Shown here: positions 22,497-35,934 of the stretch, one piece after another
How positions within the stretch are numbered: position 1 is the first letter of the stretch
Layout of the letters: each line of letters starts with the position of its first letter
Origin: an uncultured Gemmatimonadales bacterium
GTDB lineage: Bacteria; Gemmatimonadota; Gemmatimonadetes; Gemmatimonadales; GWC2-71-9
Reading direction: 5' to 3'
DNA length: 64,000 nt
NCBI GenBank assembly: GCA_963821525.1
Contig: CAWGED010000006.1
Location: forward strand, 32,001 to 96,000
The notes under the pieces: generated by a model
What the model saw: the letters and a program-made list of their open reading frames with translations, nothing else
Databases searched by the model: none
What the model was told of the DNA's origin: nothing
Position numbers and translations under genes: made by a program

Positions 22497-25400
22497 ATGG
22501 CGGGTCAAGCTGGTACACTGGAGCAGATGGCACTCGAGCTGGCCGGGATTCTCGGCCAGGTCGGTACCCGCATGCGCAGTTCCAATGTCCGGCAGACGCT
22601 GGGACTGCTCGGCGTTTACTTCCCCGAGCAGCTGCTGGCCAACGCGGGCTTCGTAACCGCCACTGATGCGACCGCGACAGCTGCCCAGGCTATCGAGCCC
22701 GAAGTAACGGCGCTGCTGGCAGCCATCGACGCCGACGATACCGTCCAGATCGCCGCACGAGTAGCAACCGTCCTGGCCAAAACCACTCAGACCCTCGCGA
22801 GCTTCGCCGACGTCGCCAACCAGCTGCAGGCAGTAGGACCCACACTCCCCGGCGTCACGGCCCAGCAAGTCAACGATCTGGTTGCCGGTTTTCCCCGGAA
22901 ACTCCTCGACCTCTTCATCGCTGAATCGCTCGACATCATCCCCGCCGTCGGGGGCACGCTCACCCTGCTCGGCGTGGTCGACAAGGTGGAGATCCCGGGA
23001 GACCCGGCGAATCCGACCAAGCCTACCTTCGACAAGACGGAAGTCCAGTTGGGCCGGCTGCTCGATCTGGCCAGCAAGCCCGGGCAGTATTTCACCACCC
23101 GCTTTGGATGGGGCAGTCCCGGCTTCGATGGAACCGTGCTCTTGCAGGCGATCGACCGGCTCTTCGAACGCCTGGATCTGCCGTCCACCTACTTCCCTCC
23201 GTCCGGCGGTCAGCCCGCCAAGCTCGACGCCTTTGCGTTCGACGTCACGGTGGATACCACCGTGTCCCCACCCGGTCTTCGCTTCGATGTCTTTCTTCCG
23301 ATCGGCGGAGACGTCGACCTTCCGATTCCGGGTCCGACTTCGGCCTGGGTGTTCCACGCGAAGTTCGATGGAAAGCTCGAGGCCGGCACCTCTGCGACGT
23401 TACGGCCTCCATCCACGATGGAGATCACCTCCAACGCGGAGGTCTCCGGTGAGGCGAAGCTGCTAATCGAGGGTCATCCCGCCTCGCCTTTCATCCTGTT
23501 CGGGAAAGCGGGTGGGAGCCGGCTTGAAGTTGCCAAGGTGGATGGCGAGGTCGGCGTTCGCTTCGACTGGAACAGTGTGACCGGGAAAGCGGCCGTGGAG
23601 CCGGAGATCGGCGCCTCGGTTAGCGGGGGCCGCCTGCTGGTGGATGGCAGCGAGGGTGACGGATTCCTCGCCCGGATTCTTTCCGGCATCAAAGATCGAC
23701 GCGCCATTCGATCTCGGGTTTACCTGGAGTCTGGACGGTGGGGTGCAGTTCAAGGGCAGTGGCATGCTGGAGATTCAGATTCCGCTCAACCTCTCGCTGG
23801 GTCCGGTTGACTTCATTCGCGCCTATCTCGGCGCCGGCATCAAAGACGGTACCGTTCCCGTAGAGCTCTCCGCGGCGATCTCGGCCGAAATTGGGCCGGT
23901 GACTGCGGTGGTAGACCGGCTGGGTCTCCTCGCCACGCTCTCGCTGCCTCCCGGCGGCGGCAATATCGGGCCGCTGCAACTCGATCTCGCGTTCAAACCT
24001 CCCACCGGTGTCGGGCTGGCCATCGATGCCGGGCCGATCAGCGGTGGCGGTTTCATCGCCTTCGACGAACCCAACGGCCGCTACGCCGGAGTGCTCGCGC
24101 TCGAAGTCTTCAGCGTGAAAGTGAGCGCGATCGGGCTCATCGACACCAGGCTGCCCGACGGACGCCCGGGATACAGCTTCCTCATCATCATCTCGGTCGA
24201 GTTCTTCCCCATCCAGCTCGGCTTCGGCTTCACCCTGAACGGCGTCGGTGGAATCTGCGGCATCCATCGCACCATCAATGCAGAAGCGTTGCGGCTCGGT
24301 GTGTACGCGGGAAGTCTCGATTCGATCATGTTCCCGCGCGATCCGATCCGGAATGCACCCCAGATCATCAGCGACTTGAGCCGGATCTTCCCGCCCGCGG
24401 AAGGCCAGTTCGTCTTCGGCCCGATGGCCAAGATCGGATGGGGCACGCCGACCCTGGTGGAGATTTCCCTGGGCAATCGTCATCGAGCTGCCGGACCCGA
24501 TCCGCATCGCGCTGCTGGGGCAGATCGCGGCGTTCTTCCCCGACCGCAGTGTCGCCCTGATCGAGATCCACATCGACTTCGTCGCGATGATCGATTTCGG
24601 GGCGAAGTTGCTTTCGCTGGACGCCACGCATCCGCGATTCGAGAATCGTGGTCTGGACCCTGACCGGAGACATGGCATTCCGGCTCTGTTGGGGCGATCA
24701 GCCCAACTTCGCCATCGCCTTGGGCGGGTTCCACCCGCACTTCCAGCCGCCTCCCGGTTTTCCCGCGCTTCGCCGCCTCACTGTCGGTCTGGGCGCCGGC
24801 GACTGGATCCGCATCACCTGCTCCAGCTATCAGGCGCTGACCAGCAACAGCCTGCAGTTCGGAGCCCGGGCCGAGCTCTACATCAACGCCGGTGTCTACG
24901 TCAAAGGCTGGATCGGCTTCGACGCCCTGATCATCTACTCACCGTTCTCGCTCGAGGTGGACATCTCCGCCGGATTGGAGATCGGCGCCGGCGGTGTGAA
25001 GATGGCCGGTGTCCATCTCGATGGCACGCTCACCGGCCCCACGCCGTGGCGGGTACGGGGAGAGGCGACGATCTCGCTCTTCTTCTTCGACATCTCCGTC
25101 GACGTAGACAAGAAGTTCGGAAGCGAAGAGAAGGCGACTCTCGACCCGATCGATCCCTGGCCTCCGCTGCGCGCCGCTCTCAAGGATCCCCGCAACTGGA
25201 CGGCGGTGCCGGCGACGGGAACGCTCAGTGTCGTCACCCTGGCACTGCCTCCGGGGGCCACCGCCACGGTGATCGATCCATCCGGCAAGATGACCTGGAA
25301 GGAATCGGTGGCGCCGCTCGACCGGACCCTCACCCGCTTCGGCAACAGCACTACGCCGGCGCCGGTCAAGTTCAGCGTCGACCAGGTGATCGTCGGCGTT

Positions 25401-25908
25401 GATCCCGCCGAGTACAGCGCGGTGAGCGACTTCTTCGCGGCGGCCCAGTTTGAGGAGCTGACCGACGCCGAGAAACTGTCCCGCGCTTCCTTCGAGAGAA
25501 TGCAGGCGGGCGTCGAAGTGGCGAGTGCCTCGGTACGAGCCGGTCCTTCCATCTCGGCGCCCCTCACCTACGAAACCGAGTATCGCGATCCGGAGCACGG
25601 ACCTGTGCTGGCGCCTCTGTTCACGGTGCCGCTCTGGATGCAACAGGGATTGTTGGCGAGCGGCGCCTCCCGTCAAGCCGGCATCATCGCAGCAGGGACC
25701 CGGGCCTACGCGGCTCCGGCCCAGCTGGCCCAGGTCGGAAGAGCAGTTCGTCGTCGTCTCGACCCTGGACCTCTCCATCAAGGGCGAGGTGACGGTGCCG
25801 ACCACCAAGGGCGCGGCCCTGCAGGCATTGAAGGAGTATGTCGCCGGGCGCCCGGGAGAGCGTGAGCAGTTCCAAGTCGTCCCGATGCACGAACTGGAGG
25901 AAGTGTGA
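22497..25908 (+). CDS. Large DUF6603-type beta-rich protein (~1130 aa, several indels)
   Basis: Motifs FKPPTGVGLAIDAGPISGGGF, YAGVLAL, PIQLGFGFTLNGVGG, FVFGPMAKIGWG, GGFHPHF, ALTSNSLQFGA and GFDALI, recognised from memory of DUF6603 proteins. Confidence 0.75.
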
Positions 25909-28900
25909 CGCTCACCGTCGGTCAGTTCGCCTATCTGCCGTGGCTCAGGACCGGTGTCGGCGCGGAGATCGCCCGGGTAGATGGCACCCCGGGCTCCGAG
26001 CCCCGGGTCACGTTGCCGATTCGGTGCGGTTCAACGGCGATCCCGGCCTGAGTGATGGCGTCACCCTGGAGCTGTTCGGTCCGGGCGAGGTCACCGGCTT
26101 CGATCCGAGGACCGTGGTGCGCACCTGGCCTAGACCAGGAGTCATGGATGCCGAGTGCAACTATTTCCCGATCATCGAATTCGATCAGGCCGATTTGCCC
26201 TGGCGCTTCACGCCGGCTCGGGCCACGACCGGAGACCGGCTTACTCCGTGGATCACTCTCATCGTTCTGGAAGACAGCGAGATCAAACGGCTGGTGCCGC
26301 CCAGTGGTGACGGGCATCTAGGCTCGGTCGAGATCAAGGATGCCAAGGCGCTGCCGCGCAGCCGGCAGCTCTGGGCCTGGGCGCACGTGCAGGTAAGCGG
26401 AGAAACCAGTGTGGATGCAGCCAAGGCTGCGCGCGCTGATGGCGGCCCGCTCGCCGGCAATCAGGTCGCGGCTGATCGCTCCGCGGCGGATGCAACCGAA
26501 TCACGGCTACACTGCGCTCCTCGTTCCCACTTTCAAGCGCGGCGTGCTGGCGGGTATGGGCCAGGATCCGGGGACCACCGATGCGCTGGCGCCGGCCTGG
26601 AGCGACTCGCCCGGCGGTCCGCTGACGTTGCCGGTGTTCTATCTCTGGCGCTTCGGTACCGGTCCCGATGGAGACTTCGAATCGCTGGCGCGGCTGATCG
26701 AACCCTTCGAGGCGCCCGACTCCATCGGGATTCGCGACATGGATGTATCCGCCGCCTCACCGGCATTCCCTCCGGCGAATACCGGCCCGCTTGGCCTGCG
26801 CGGCATGCTGACCGCGCTCAATACCCCGGATACGCGTGTGGAACCCTGCGGCCCGGCAGACTTGGATCGCCAAGTTGAAGGCGCTGCTGAATCTCCCCGC
26901 TGACCGGGCGGCGATTCCCAACACGCCGCGCACCGTTACCCCTCCACTCTACGGTCAGTGGCCGGCGGCCACCGACCGCTGCGAGGCCGACGTTCAACCG
27001 GAGCGACCGCTCTGGTTCCAGGAGTTGTCGGTCGATCCGCGGCTCCGGGTCGGCGGTGGTCTCGGCACTCGGGTGATTCAGGCCAATCAGGAAGCCCTGA
27101 TGGCGAGTGCATGGGATCAGGTGGAACGGGTGCGGCAACTGAATGAGGAGCTGCGGCAGGCGCAGCTCGCTCGGGAGCTGGCGCTGCGGCTTGCGTCTCG
27201 CCATGTGTTTGTCGACGGGACGCAAAATGTGCTCTATCTCTCCGCGCCGTTACATGCCAGAGTCATGGCGAGCCCAACCACCATACGCGCGGTCCTGAAT
27301 CAGAGTCCGGTTCCCCACGGCGTCCTTGAAGGTGCGTTCCGCCGAGTGTCCAGACCGCTGGGACCGATGGGTCGCCGTCAGGGTCGGCCGGAACAGTCGC
27401 CTCTGGTTCGTGGCTCACTGCTCGGTCGTCTGAACCGTGGCGACCTGAAAGCTGCCGAAGCCACCGGTTACATCACCCACTCTTCCCAGCATGAGCCGGG
27501 TGGCGGATCAGCCGATACCGGGTGGAGTGACCGACGCCGAAGTGCAATCCGCCCAGCAGCGGGCAAAGGGGATGCGGTTATTCGCCTGGCTGGTGCTGCT
27601 CGTGGCACTGGTGCTGCTCGTGTTCGGACTATGGGCCGTGGCGCTCGCTGTCGCCGCGGATCGGCGGCGGGCTTCAGGTTGCCGCCAATCGCCAGGCCGC
27701 CGCAAGCCAAGGCGCTCGCCGAACAAAAGTCGCGTGAAGACGCCGACCGCCATCGGAGAAGCGAGCGTTCAGCAGGGGCGGCTCTCGGGGGACCTGGTCC
27801 GCGACGTGGTGCCTCCGGCCAATTACGCACCTCTCGAAGCACCTGCCACCGGTGCGCCGCGCACGCTGCCGACGATTCCAGCCGGCTCGCCGGCTCCCTC
27901 GCCTGAGATCCTGGCCAAGCTCCGCCAGGCGTACGGCACCATGCTCGATCGCATGGCGCGGCCCACGACGCCGATCGCGACTCTGGTGGAAGCCGATCTG
28001 GACGGTATCGCAGCGACCCTCAAGACCAAGCTCGACCCCACCCTGACCATCGCGCAGGCATACACCGGACGCTACGCCCTCGCCGGCGCTGCAATCTGGG
28101 AGCCGTTCGATCCGCTGGAGCCGCTGCTCGCCGCGCCCGAATTTCCCCAGCCGATGTACCGGCCGCTGGCTCAGCTCGACAACGAGTGGCTGCTGCCGGG
28201 ATTCGACAAGATCCCGCCCAACTCCGCGACGCTGCTCAAGACCAATCAGCGAATGATCGAGGCGTACATGGTGGGCGTGAATCACGAAATGGCGCGCGAG
28301 CTGCTTTGGCGGGAGTACCCCACGACTCAGCGCGCGACCTATTTCCGCCAGTTCTGGGATACCGCAGGGTACGTCGCGCCACCCGGCGGCGGTCTCACTC
28401 CGGAGCAGCTCAAGGACATCGTTCCCATCCATACCTGGCGGCCGCCAAGCGATCTCAAGGAACACAGTCCCCGTCCCCCGGTGCCGGGCGGCGACTCCGA
28501 CTATCTGGTCCTCTTCATCCGGGGCGACCTGCTGCGACGCTACCCGAACACCGAGGTCTACGCCGTGAAGGCCAAGTGGGGTGGGCAGGTTGACGGCCGA
28601 GTCATCGATGACCCTGCCAACGATGTCGAGGCCAAAGAGAAGATCGCGCATCCGCTCTTCTCCGGCTTCATGGATCCGGACGCGAATTTCTTCGGCTTCG
28701 CTCCTTACTAAGGAAGAGGTGTTGGGCGATGGGATTCGGGACGGCGCCAAGCCGGGCTGGTATTTCGTCCTCGCCGAGCCTTCGGGGGAACCGCGCTTCG
28801 GACTGGACGAACCAGAACCGGATACCCCTGACTCCCAATTCGGTCTGCCGGTGAGTGGCGGCTGGAACAATCTCGGCTGGGCGAACCTGGCCGGCAGCCG

Positions 28901-29099
28901 GGCCACGTTGAACGATTTCCTGAGCCTGAATCTGGATGCTTCACTCCCCGACACAACGCTGGTCTCCGACTCCACGACGACGCGATGGCATGCGGACTCG
29001 GGTCCCGGACAACACGGTAGCCGCTCGTCCGATCTCGCCTACATCACGTTGCAGCGGCCCATGCGGATCGCGATCCATGCCTCGGAGATGATTCCCTGA
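25905..29099 (+). CDS. Large conserved hypothetical protein (~1060 aa, several indels) with an internal hydrophobic segment
   Basis: GTGA overlap with the upstream stop. Motifs YLPWLRTG, NYFPIIEFDQADLPWRFTP, DFESLA, NQEALMASAWDQ, EAYMVGVNHEMARELLWREYPT-YFRQFWD and EPRFGLD. Confidence 0.8.
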
Positions 29100-32000
29100 T
29101 GGCTGCCACCCCGGTTGATCACCAGCGCGCCCTGCTCGAGGATGCGCGACGCGAGCTCCGTCGCGCCAGGGTCGCTGTCGCTGACGCAGCGGCAAAGTTG
29201 GAGGCGATCAGGCGGGACCGGGATCAAGACCTCCGCCGCCGCGGTGGAAGCCGCCCAGGCGAATGAGGAACGCGCGGCATCCGCGCTCGGCGCCATCCGG
29301 AGAAGAACCAGGGAGGAGTTGGCTTCGCTCGCGGTGGATCTCGGAAACTTTCTCACCCCGACGCCCGAGCAGGAAGTCGCGCGACTCTCCGCCGGCTATC
29401 CCATCGTGCTGCTTCCAGTTCGGATCGAGACCCGCTTTACGGCGGACCAGCTGCTGCTTCGGGTGTATCCCGACGACATCGTAGCCGACAGCTTCGAGCC
29501 GGAGCTGACCGACGAAGAAATCGCCGACGGTCAGGCCTATTGGGACGGGGCATGGCCCGGTGAGGCCGAAGAAAAGCTGGCGTGGAGGGCCATCGTTAAG
29601 AAGCTCGGTGTACCTCGGGGATCCTGGGTGGTCGAGGCGATGACTCCGAGCAATCTCGACAGCCGTCCGGCCGGTGCTCCCGCCTATCTGCCGCCGGCGC
29701 GGCGTGAATCGAGTTGGACTCGGCCGGCGGAAGCCCAGCTGCTTCCCGATCGGTGGCATGTCCTGCTCGATACCGGCGACGGCGAGCGAATCGTTTCGGG
29801 CTCTGCGATTCACGAGCCGCTGGCGCTCACCTTCTCTCCCGATCCCGCCGATCCAACCGATCCGCTGGGGGATGACGGACTCCGTCTCTCATCCGACGTG
29901 CGCTGGACGGTGGACTTCGATCAGGCCGAAAAGGTCGGGATGGGGATCCGGATTCCGCTTTCCAACGCCGAGCGCGGGATGGGCTTTACCCGAGTCATCG
30001 TGTTTGGCGTGAAGTCATCGCTGGCTCCCGACGTCAGTGCCGGCGGAATTCAAGAGCTGCTCGGACACCATCGCCATGGCCGCGGCTTCGCGTTGCTGCC
30101 CCAGGGAACACCGACCAATAACACCTCCGCCGCCACCACTCCGTTTCCACCCAGTGACGGCGACGGCCAGCGAAGCTTCGCGGTCGAGCGAACCGGACTA
30201 CCCGTCGTCGCCGGGCGCGACGGCCCCCGGCTGATCACGGCATTCGGATTGGCGAGCGACACCGCAATCCATCTCGATGGCGCCGACGGACGGGAAGCCG
30301 AGCGGGGCGCTGCCATGGCGCGGGCGCTCTGGCCGGTGACCTGGGGCTACTTCCTGACCGAGCTCATGAAGCCGGTGTTCGAAACGGACGACATCCAGAC
30401 CGCTCAAAGCTTCTTCGTGAATCATGTGAGAGGGCGGGGACCCTACTCCGCGTTTCGGATCGGCGGCACGCCGTATGGAGTACTCCCCGTGTCGAGTCTG
30501 CAGAGCTGGCAAGCGGCGCGGCAGAGCGATGCCGTTGACCGCGCGCTACCCTCGACCCTGCGCACGCTGAGAGCGATCTGGCTCCAGCAGAGCGGTCAGG
30601 TTCCCAGAGTGGGCCGGACTGGCGATCCCGATCAGGATCTGCTGGAAATCCTCGGTCTCGACGCGAGCACCCGCGAGGTCCGAGTCCGGCCGGTGCTGGG
30701 AGAAGATGCGACCTGGAATCTCTTCGGACTCTGGGGCTGGAACGAGCGCATGGACCGCCTGGCTGGATGCCGGTCAGGCCTTGGCCAACCAGGTCTTCAC
30801 CCTGATCGGTCATCCGGAATGGAGACCTCGAATTGCTCAGCTCAACTTCGACCCCAACGCCTGGCCGTTCCGCTATCAACTGGTGACCGAAGATCCGGTG
30901 TCGGAGACGCTGGGTCTCACCCCGAACTACATCGAGTGGATCCGCACCGCTTCGGTGCCGGACCTGATCGCCCAATCGGTTCCCGCCGACTGGGACCGGC
31001 CGGTCTCATTGCTGTATCGTCTGCTCCGCCACGGCGGCCTGCTCGAGTATCAGAACGCCTCCTATCTGCTCGGCGTCCGGTTCCAAACCGTTGAAGTGGG
31101 AGCCGCGGTGGAGCGGGAGATCGTCGGACTGCCCGGCACGGCGCAAGGTCCGAACCGGGTCGAGCAGATGATGCAGCCGATCGGACAGCTCAGCGGCTCG
31201 GCTCCGCTGCACACCTTTCTCTCCGATCCGGCCAACACTGCCATCATTCGCAGTCTGCTGCCCGATGAGCCGGTCGTCGGGTTCCGGGATGCGTTGGCCG
31301 CGCTGTCGGGCGCCAGCACCGCGGAGCTGGAGCGGCTGCTGGGAGAGACGCTGGATGTATCCTCCCACCGGCTCGATGCCTGGATCACCGGACTCGCGGC
31401 CAAGCGACTCGAGCAAATGCGCTCGGCTCGGCCACTCGGCTGTCATATCGGCGCCTACGGATGGGTTGAGAATCTCCGGCCCCGCCCCGCCTCGAGCGCG
31501 CATCCGGTCCGGCTCTCCGACGGGAGCATGGCGGCGCGGCAGGACGGGAACGGCGGCTACGTGCATGCGCCGTCGATGACCCATGCAGCCGCCGCGGCGA
31601 TTCTTCGAAACGGGTATCTCTCTCGAACCGGAGACGATCGCAAGAAGTACGCGGTGGATCTCTCGTCGGCCCGAGTTCGCGCCGGCCGGTTCGTGCTCGA
31701 TGCGGTGCGGGAAGGGCAGCCAGTCGGCGCGGTCTTCGGCTATCAGATGGAGCGGGGGCTGCACGATCATAATCTCGACAAATGGATCGCTCCGCTTCGG
31801 GCTCGCTATCCGCTGGTGGCCGGGAAATCCGGTGACCCCGAGGATTTCGATCCCAACGATCCGGATCAACCCAAGGAACACATCGCCGCCCAAAACGTGG
31901 TGGATGGTCTGGCGCTGCGCCGAGCCTATCAGGCAGGGGAGATCCCGTGGGGCCAGTTCGGTCTGCCCAATGGCGGGGCCGACCAGGCGGGCGTGGAAGC

Positions 32001-33795
32001 GGAGCTGGTACGGCTCGATCAGACAGTTGATGCAACCTCGGACCTTCTGTTCGGCGAAGCGGTTTATCAACTGGTCAAAGGAAGTCCCAATGTCGCGGCG
32101 GCCACGCTGGATGCGATGGCGCAAGGTGTGGTCCGTCCTCCCGATCCTGAAATCGCCACGCAGCCGCGCCGCGGAACCCCTCTGACCCACAAGATCGCGC
32201 TGCTGCTCGGCGGCAGTGGGAAGCCCCTTCCCCCGGGATATCCGGCGCCGACCCCACGCGCCGAGATCGAGCCTCGCATCGATGCCTGGCTTGGTCAGCT
32301 CTTCGGCCCAGCCGATGACTATGAGTGTGGAGTCGAGTTCGGGCCCGAGGAGGCGCCAACCGGCATCACCTCGGTGTCACTGAAGAAGCTGGCGCTGCGA
32401 CCGATCGATGTGCTGGTGCTGGCCCGGGCGCGAGCCGATGCGCATCCCGACGCCACCCGAGCAGAAGCGTCTGAGCTGGACCGGCGCATCCTCGAAGCTG
32501 CACACGCCGCGCTGGGTCTCACCGAGGAGACCCCAGGCCGGATCACTTATGGAAGGCCCGATGCGGGGTTCGATCCGGCGACCGACCGCTCCTTTACCGA
32601 CCTGCTCGAGTTGGCGCGCACGGCGGCGGACATCATCGCCAAGGGCCGCCCGCTGACGCCCGAGGACCTGGTCGCGGAAGATCGTCCTGACGACGCCAAG
32701 GCGGCCGATCACCGAACCGGTGACGCCATCGCCCGCGCGACGATTGCGCATCAGGCGTTGGACGCCGTCACTCTGCTGTTGAGTCAGGCGCTGTCCCTGG
32801 CACAGGCGGCATCCGAGGGTGCGCCGTTCAATCTCACCAATCTTCGCAATGCCCTGCGCGCGGTTTCGTCCATGGGGGTAACGGGAGCCTATCCGATCTC
32901 TTCTTTCGGGCACGACCTGGCGGCACGACAAAAACTCATCGCGCAGGCAGTGAGTGTGGTGGCGGAAGCCACCCGTCGGGTAACGCGGTCGGGTGCTGTT
33001 CTGACTGAGGCGGCGAAGCCGGAACACGCCAGCGACTCTCGCTTCCTCCTGGGGGCCGCGCGAGAGGTGTTGGATATCGTGTGCGGCGCGGAACTGCCTT
33101 TCGCACCGCTGTTCGATGTTCCGGCGCCAGCCGAATTCACCAACGCACTCGCTCACAGCGGGACGGCGGCGTTCATCGACGCTGATCCACTGGTCCGCAA
33201 GGCAGCGCTACAAGACTTCGAGAGAACTGCCCTTCGGGTTCGTCCTCCGTTGGACTCCTGGCGGCGGCTGGAGATCGTGGCCAGCTCGTTGGGCCGCGGG
33301 CGGGCCACGCGCGCTCTGGCCCAGCTTCCCTATTACGCCGGCGCCCGTTGGGTCGCGCTTCCCTTTGCCAGCGAGGCAGACCGGCCCGGGCCCGGGCGGA
33401 TCTCGATCCTCTTGTATCAGGCCGATACCCCACCAGTCAACGTGCCATGGGCCGGACTTCTGCTCGATCACTGGACCGAGATCATCCCCTTTCCCGACGA
33501 ACAGACCGGAGTCGCTTTCCATTATGACGATCCAGGCGCCGAGGCGCCCCAGACGGTGCTGCTGGCGGTTCCCCCGGTCGCCGAGGCGGAGCAGTGGTCG
33601 CTGTCCTGGTTGACGGAAACCCTGAAGGAAACGCTGGAGATGGCTCGAATCCGCGCCGTCGATGGGGAGCTGCTCGGGGCCCTGAGCCAGCTGCTTCCGG
33701 CGATCTGCCTGGCGGACAGTACTGATGACGTGACGATACGAAGCAATTTTATCGATGCGGTTAGGCTCGAGGTTGAGCTGGTCAGGAGGACCTGA
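29099..33795 (+). CDS. Very large conserved hypothetical protein (~1560 aa, indels near 29240 and 30750)
   Basis: TGATG overlap. N-terminal coiled-coil-like segment. Motifs LLPVRIETRF, VYPDDI-FEPELT, QGTPTNNT, RIGGTPYGVLPVS, SHRLDAW, AILRNGY and FHYDDPGAEAPQ-LLAVPP. Confidence 0.8.
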
Positions 33796-33796
33796 C

Positions 33797-35578
33797 ATGG
33801 GCGTTGCAGTGCCGTTCGAAGTTGGAGCACTGGATATCAATCTGCTCTCGCTGACCTGGTGGAACCGGTTGGAGCCCAGGCCGCGGTCGCCTGAGGTCGC
33901 CGATACCCTGGCGGCGAAGATCCGGGATCCGCTGTGGATGCTGACTCGGCAGTGGCAATTCGGTGAATTTCAGGGCGAGGATGCCGGCTCACCGGCCTGG
34001 GTGCAGATGCGAGCGCGAACCACGCCCTTCCTCGGCTGGCGGCCTCATCTTGATGCGGGCCAGCCTTTGCCGCTCCGGCCTATCACGGCACCCCTCGAGG
34101 AGCTGGTGGAGACCGAAGGCTTCGCGCCCGATCTGGCGACGCAGGCCGAGTGGGGACTGGCCTTGGCGTCGCTGCTGGAGGATCAGGGTCTCAACCCAAC
34201 CCAGCGCGCCGCGGTGTTCGCCGCAGTGCGGGAGGAGTTCCCGCTGGACTCCTCACGGGTGGATCCCAGTGATGCGCGTGCGGCGCGTTTCCTCAGCGTG
34301 TGTGATGGCCGGGCGGTGAATGGAGTTGAACTGGCCGCGAAAGGGAGCCACGCCCGCGCTTCTCGCCAAGCCCGCGGTCGTTCCCTTCGTCGCTCAGCTT
34401 CAGGCCGCGATCACCGCTCTGCAGCAGTCGATCTCCCGTACCCTTGGCCAGATCGGGGCGGATAGCGGGACCTCATGGCACAGCGATCGACTGGAGTACC
34501 AGGTGGAGGCAGTCGCCGCAGGCCCGACCGGAGGAACCATGTTGTTCCAGTCCACTCCGGACCGGGATGCCACCTTCGAGTGGTTTACCATGGACCTCGT
34601 CTCCCGGGCAGAAAATCCGGGAACGCCGGATGGTGTCGCGGTTCCGGTACCCGAAGCGATGAGTGTAAGCCGATTGCCCACCTTCGTTCGTTTCCGCGGC
34701 ATGCCCAACCATCGCTGGTGGGATTTCGAGCGCGGGTCCAGTGATTTCGGGAGTGTGATACCGGATAAGCGTGATCTCGCCAAGCTGCTGTGATGGATTT
34801 CATGCTGATTCATGGCAACGACTACTTCGTCGTCCCCTTTGATTTTCCGGTGAGCCGAGTCGCGCGGATCGATGAGCTGCTGGTGCATGACGTCTTCGGT
34901 GGCATCACGCTGGTGGATCGGGCCGATGCGGCGCCCACCCCGCCGGACGCCCGCTGGACCTGTTTCTCGACCTCGATTGCGGATCAGGATGGGCGGCCGG
35001 CTGACTTTCTCCTGCTGCCGCCCAGCGCGGGGCCGGCCCGCCTTGTAGGCGATCAGATAGAAGACGTTCGCTTCGTGCGCGACGAGCAGGCCAACCTGGT
35101 GTGGGCCATCGAGCAGATGACCGAAGGCGGCGAGGGACGGCCCTGGCCGGGACGGGAACGCCACGTCGCCGCCACCGCTCTGGAACCGCCGCAGGTAGTG
35201 CCGGTAACCACCGCGCCACTGCTCTATCGCCTGCAGAGCTTTGTGCCGTGGCACTGGTTTCCAATGCTACCCGTCTCACTCGATCAGTTTACCGGCGAAA
35301 CGGCCCTCGAACGCGGTCAGATGATTCGGCCAGACGGCATCACCAGCCCGGCCCCCATCGGTCGTCTCATTCAGGCTCCACCGAACGGGGTCTACCGAGT
35401 TCGAGAGGAAGCCGTCCCGCGGACCGGACTCAAGGTGGTTCGAGAAGTCGTGCGATGCCGCTGGCTATTGGGGCAGACTCATCTTTGGATTGCGCGCCGC
35501 AAAGGCGTGGGCCGGGGGGAAGGGTCGAGCGGATTGCGCTACGACGAGGCGCGACGCACCCCGCCACCGGCAGAGTGA
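33797..35578 (+). CDS. Conserved hypothetical protein (~590 aa, indels near 34345 and 34790)
   Basis: ATG 2 nt after the upstream stop. Motifs WNRLEPRPR, DPLWMLTRQWQFGEFQGEDAGSP, FRGMPNHRWWDFE, RDEQANLVWAIE and GEGSSGLRYD. Confidence 0.8.
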
Positions 35579-35622
35579 TGCAGGTGTCAGTGATCAGGTG
35601 TCAGGGAAAGCGGCCTCCCTTC

Positions 35623-35770
35623 TGTCATTGCGAACCGGCGAAGCCGGCGAAGCAATCTCACCCGCTGTCCTTTCCAGAGCCTGCGAAATCGGGGTTCTTC
35701 GAGGGAGGGCGGGTGAGATTGCCACGGCCCCTTCGCTCGCGCTGCTCGCTCAGGGTGCCTCGCAATGACT
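35623..35770. repeat. REP-like inverted repeat at the right edge of the operon
   Basis: TGTCATTGCGA...GAAGCAATCTCACCC paired with GGGTGAGATTGC...CTCGCAATGAC. Confidence 0.8.
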
Positions 35771-35934
35771 CAAACCGACTCTTCTAACCGTCCGCCTTGT
35801 CCGCCTGTCCGCCTTGTCCATGAAGGGGCCGGGGCTGGTCCGCCCCCCGCCCATTCGAGCGATACCGCCCCAAACCCTGCTTCCCCACATTGCACTCCGG
35901 TTCTGGTCTCATCTTACCGGAGGATCGCAATACC

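Noticed and set aside
27674..33156. Long minus-strand ORFs overlapping the big operon
   Set aside because: GC-rich antisense shadows of well-supported plus-strand genes.
19464..35578. Prophage, eCIS or T6SS assignment
   Set aside because: No recognisable terminase, capsid, sheath, tube, baseplate, VgrG or integrase motifs.
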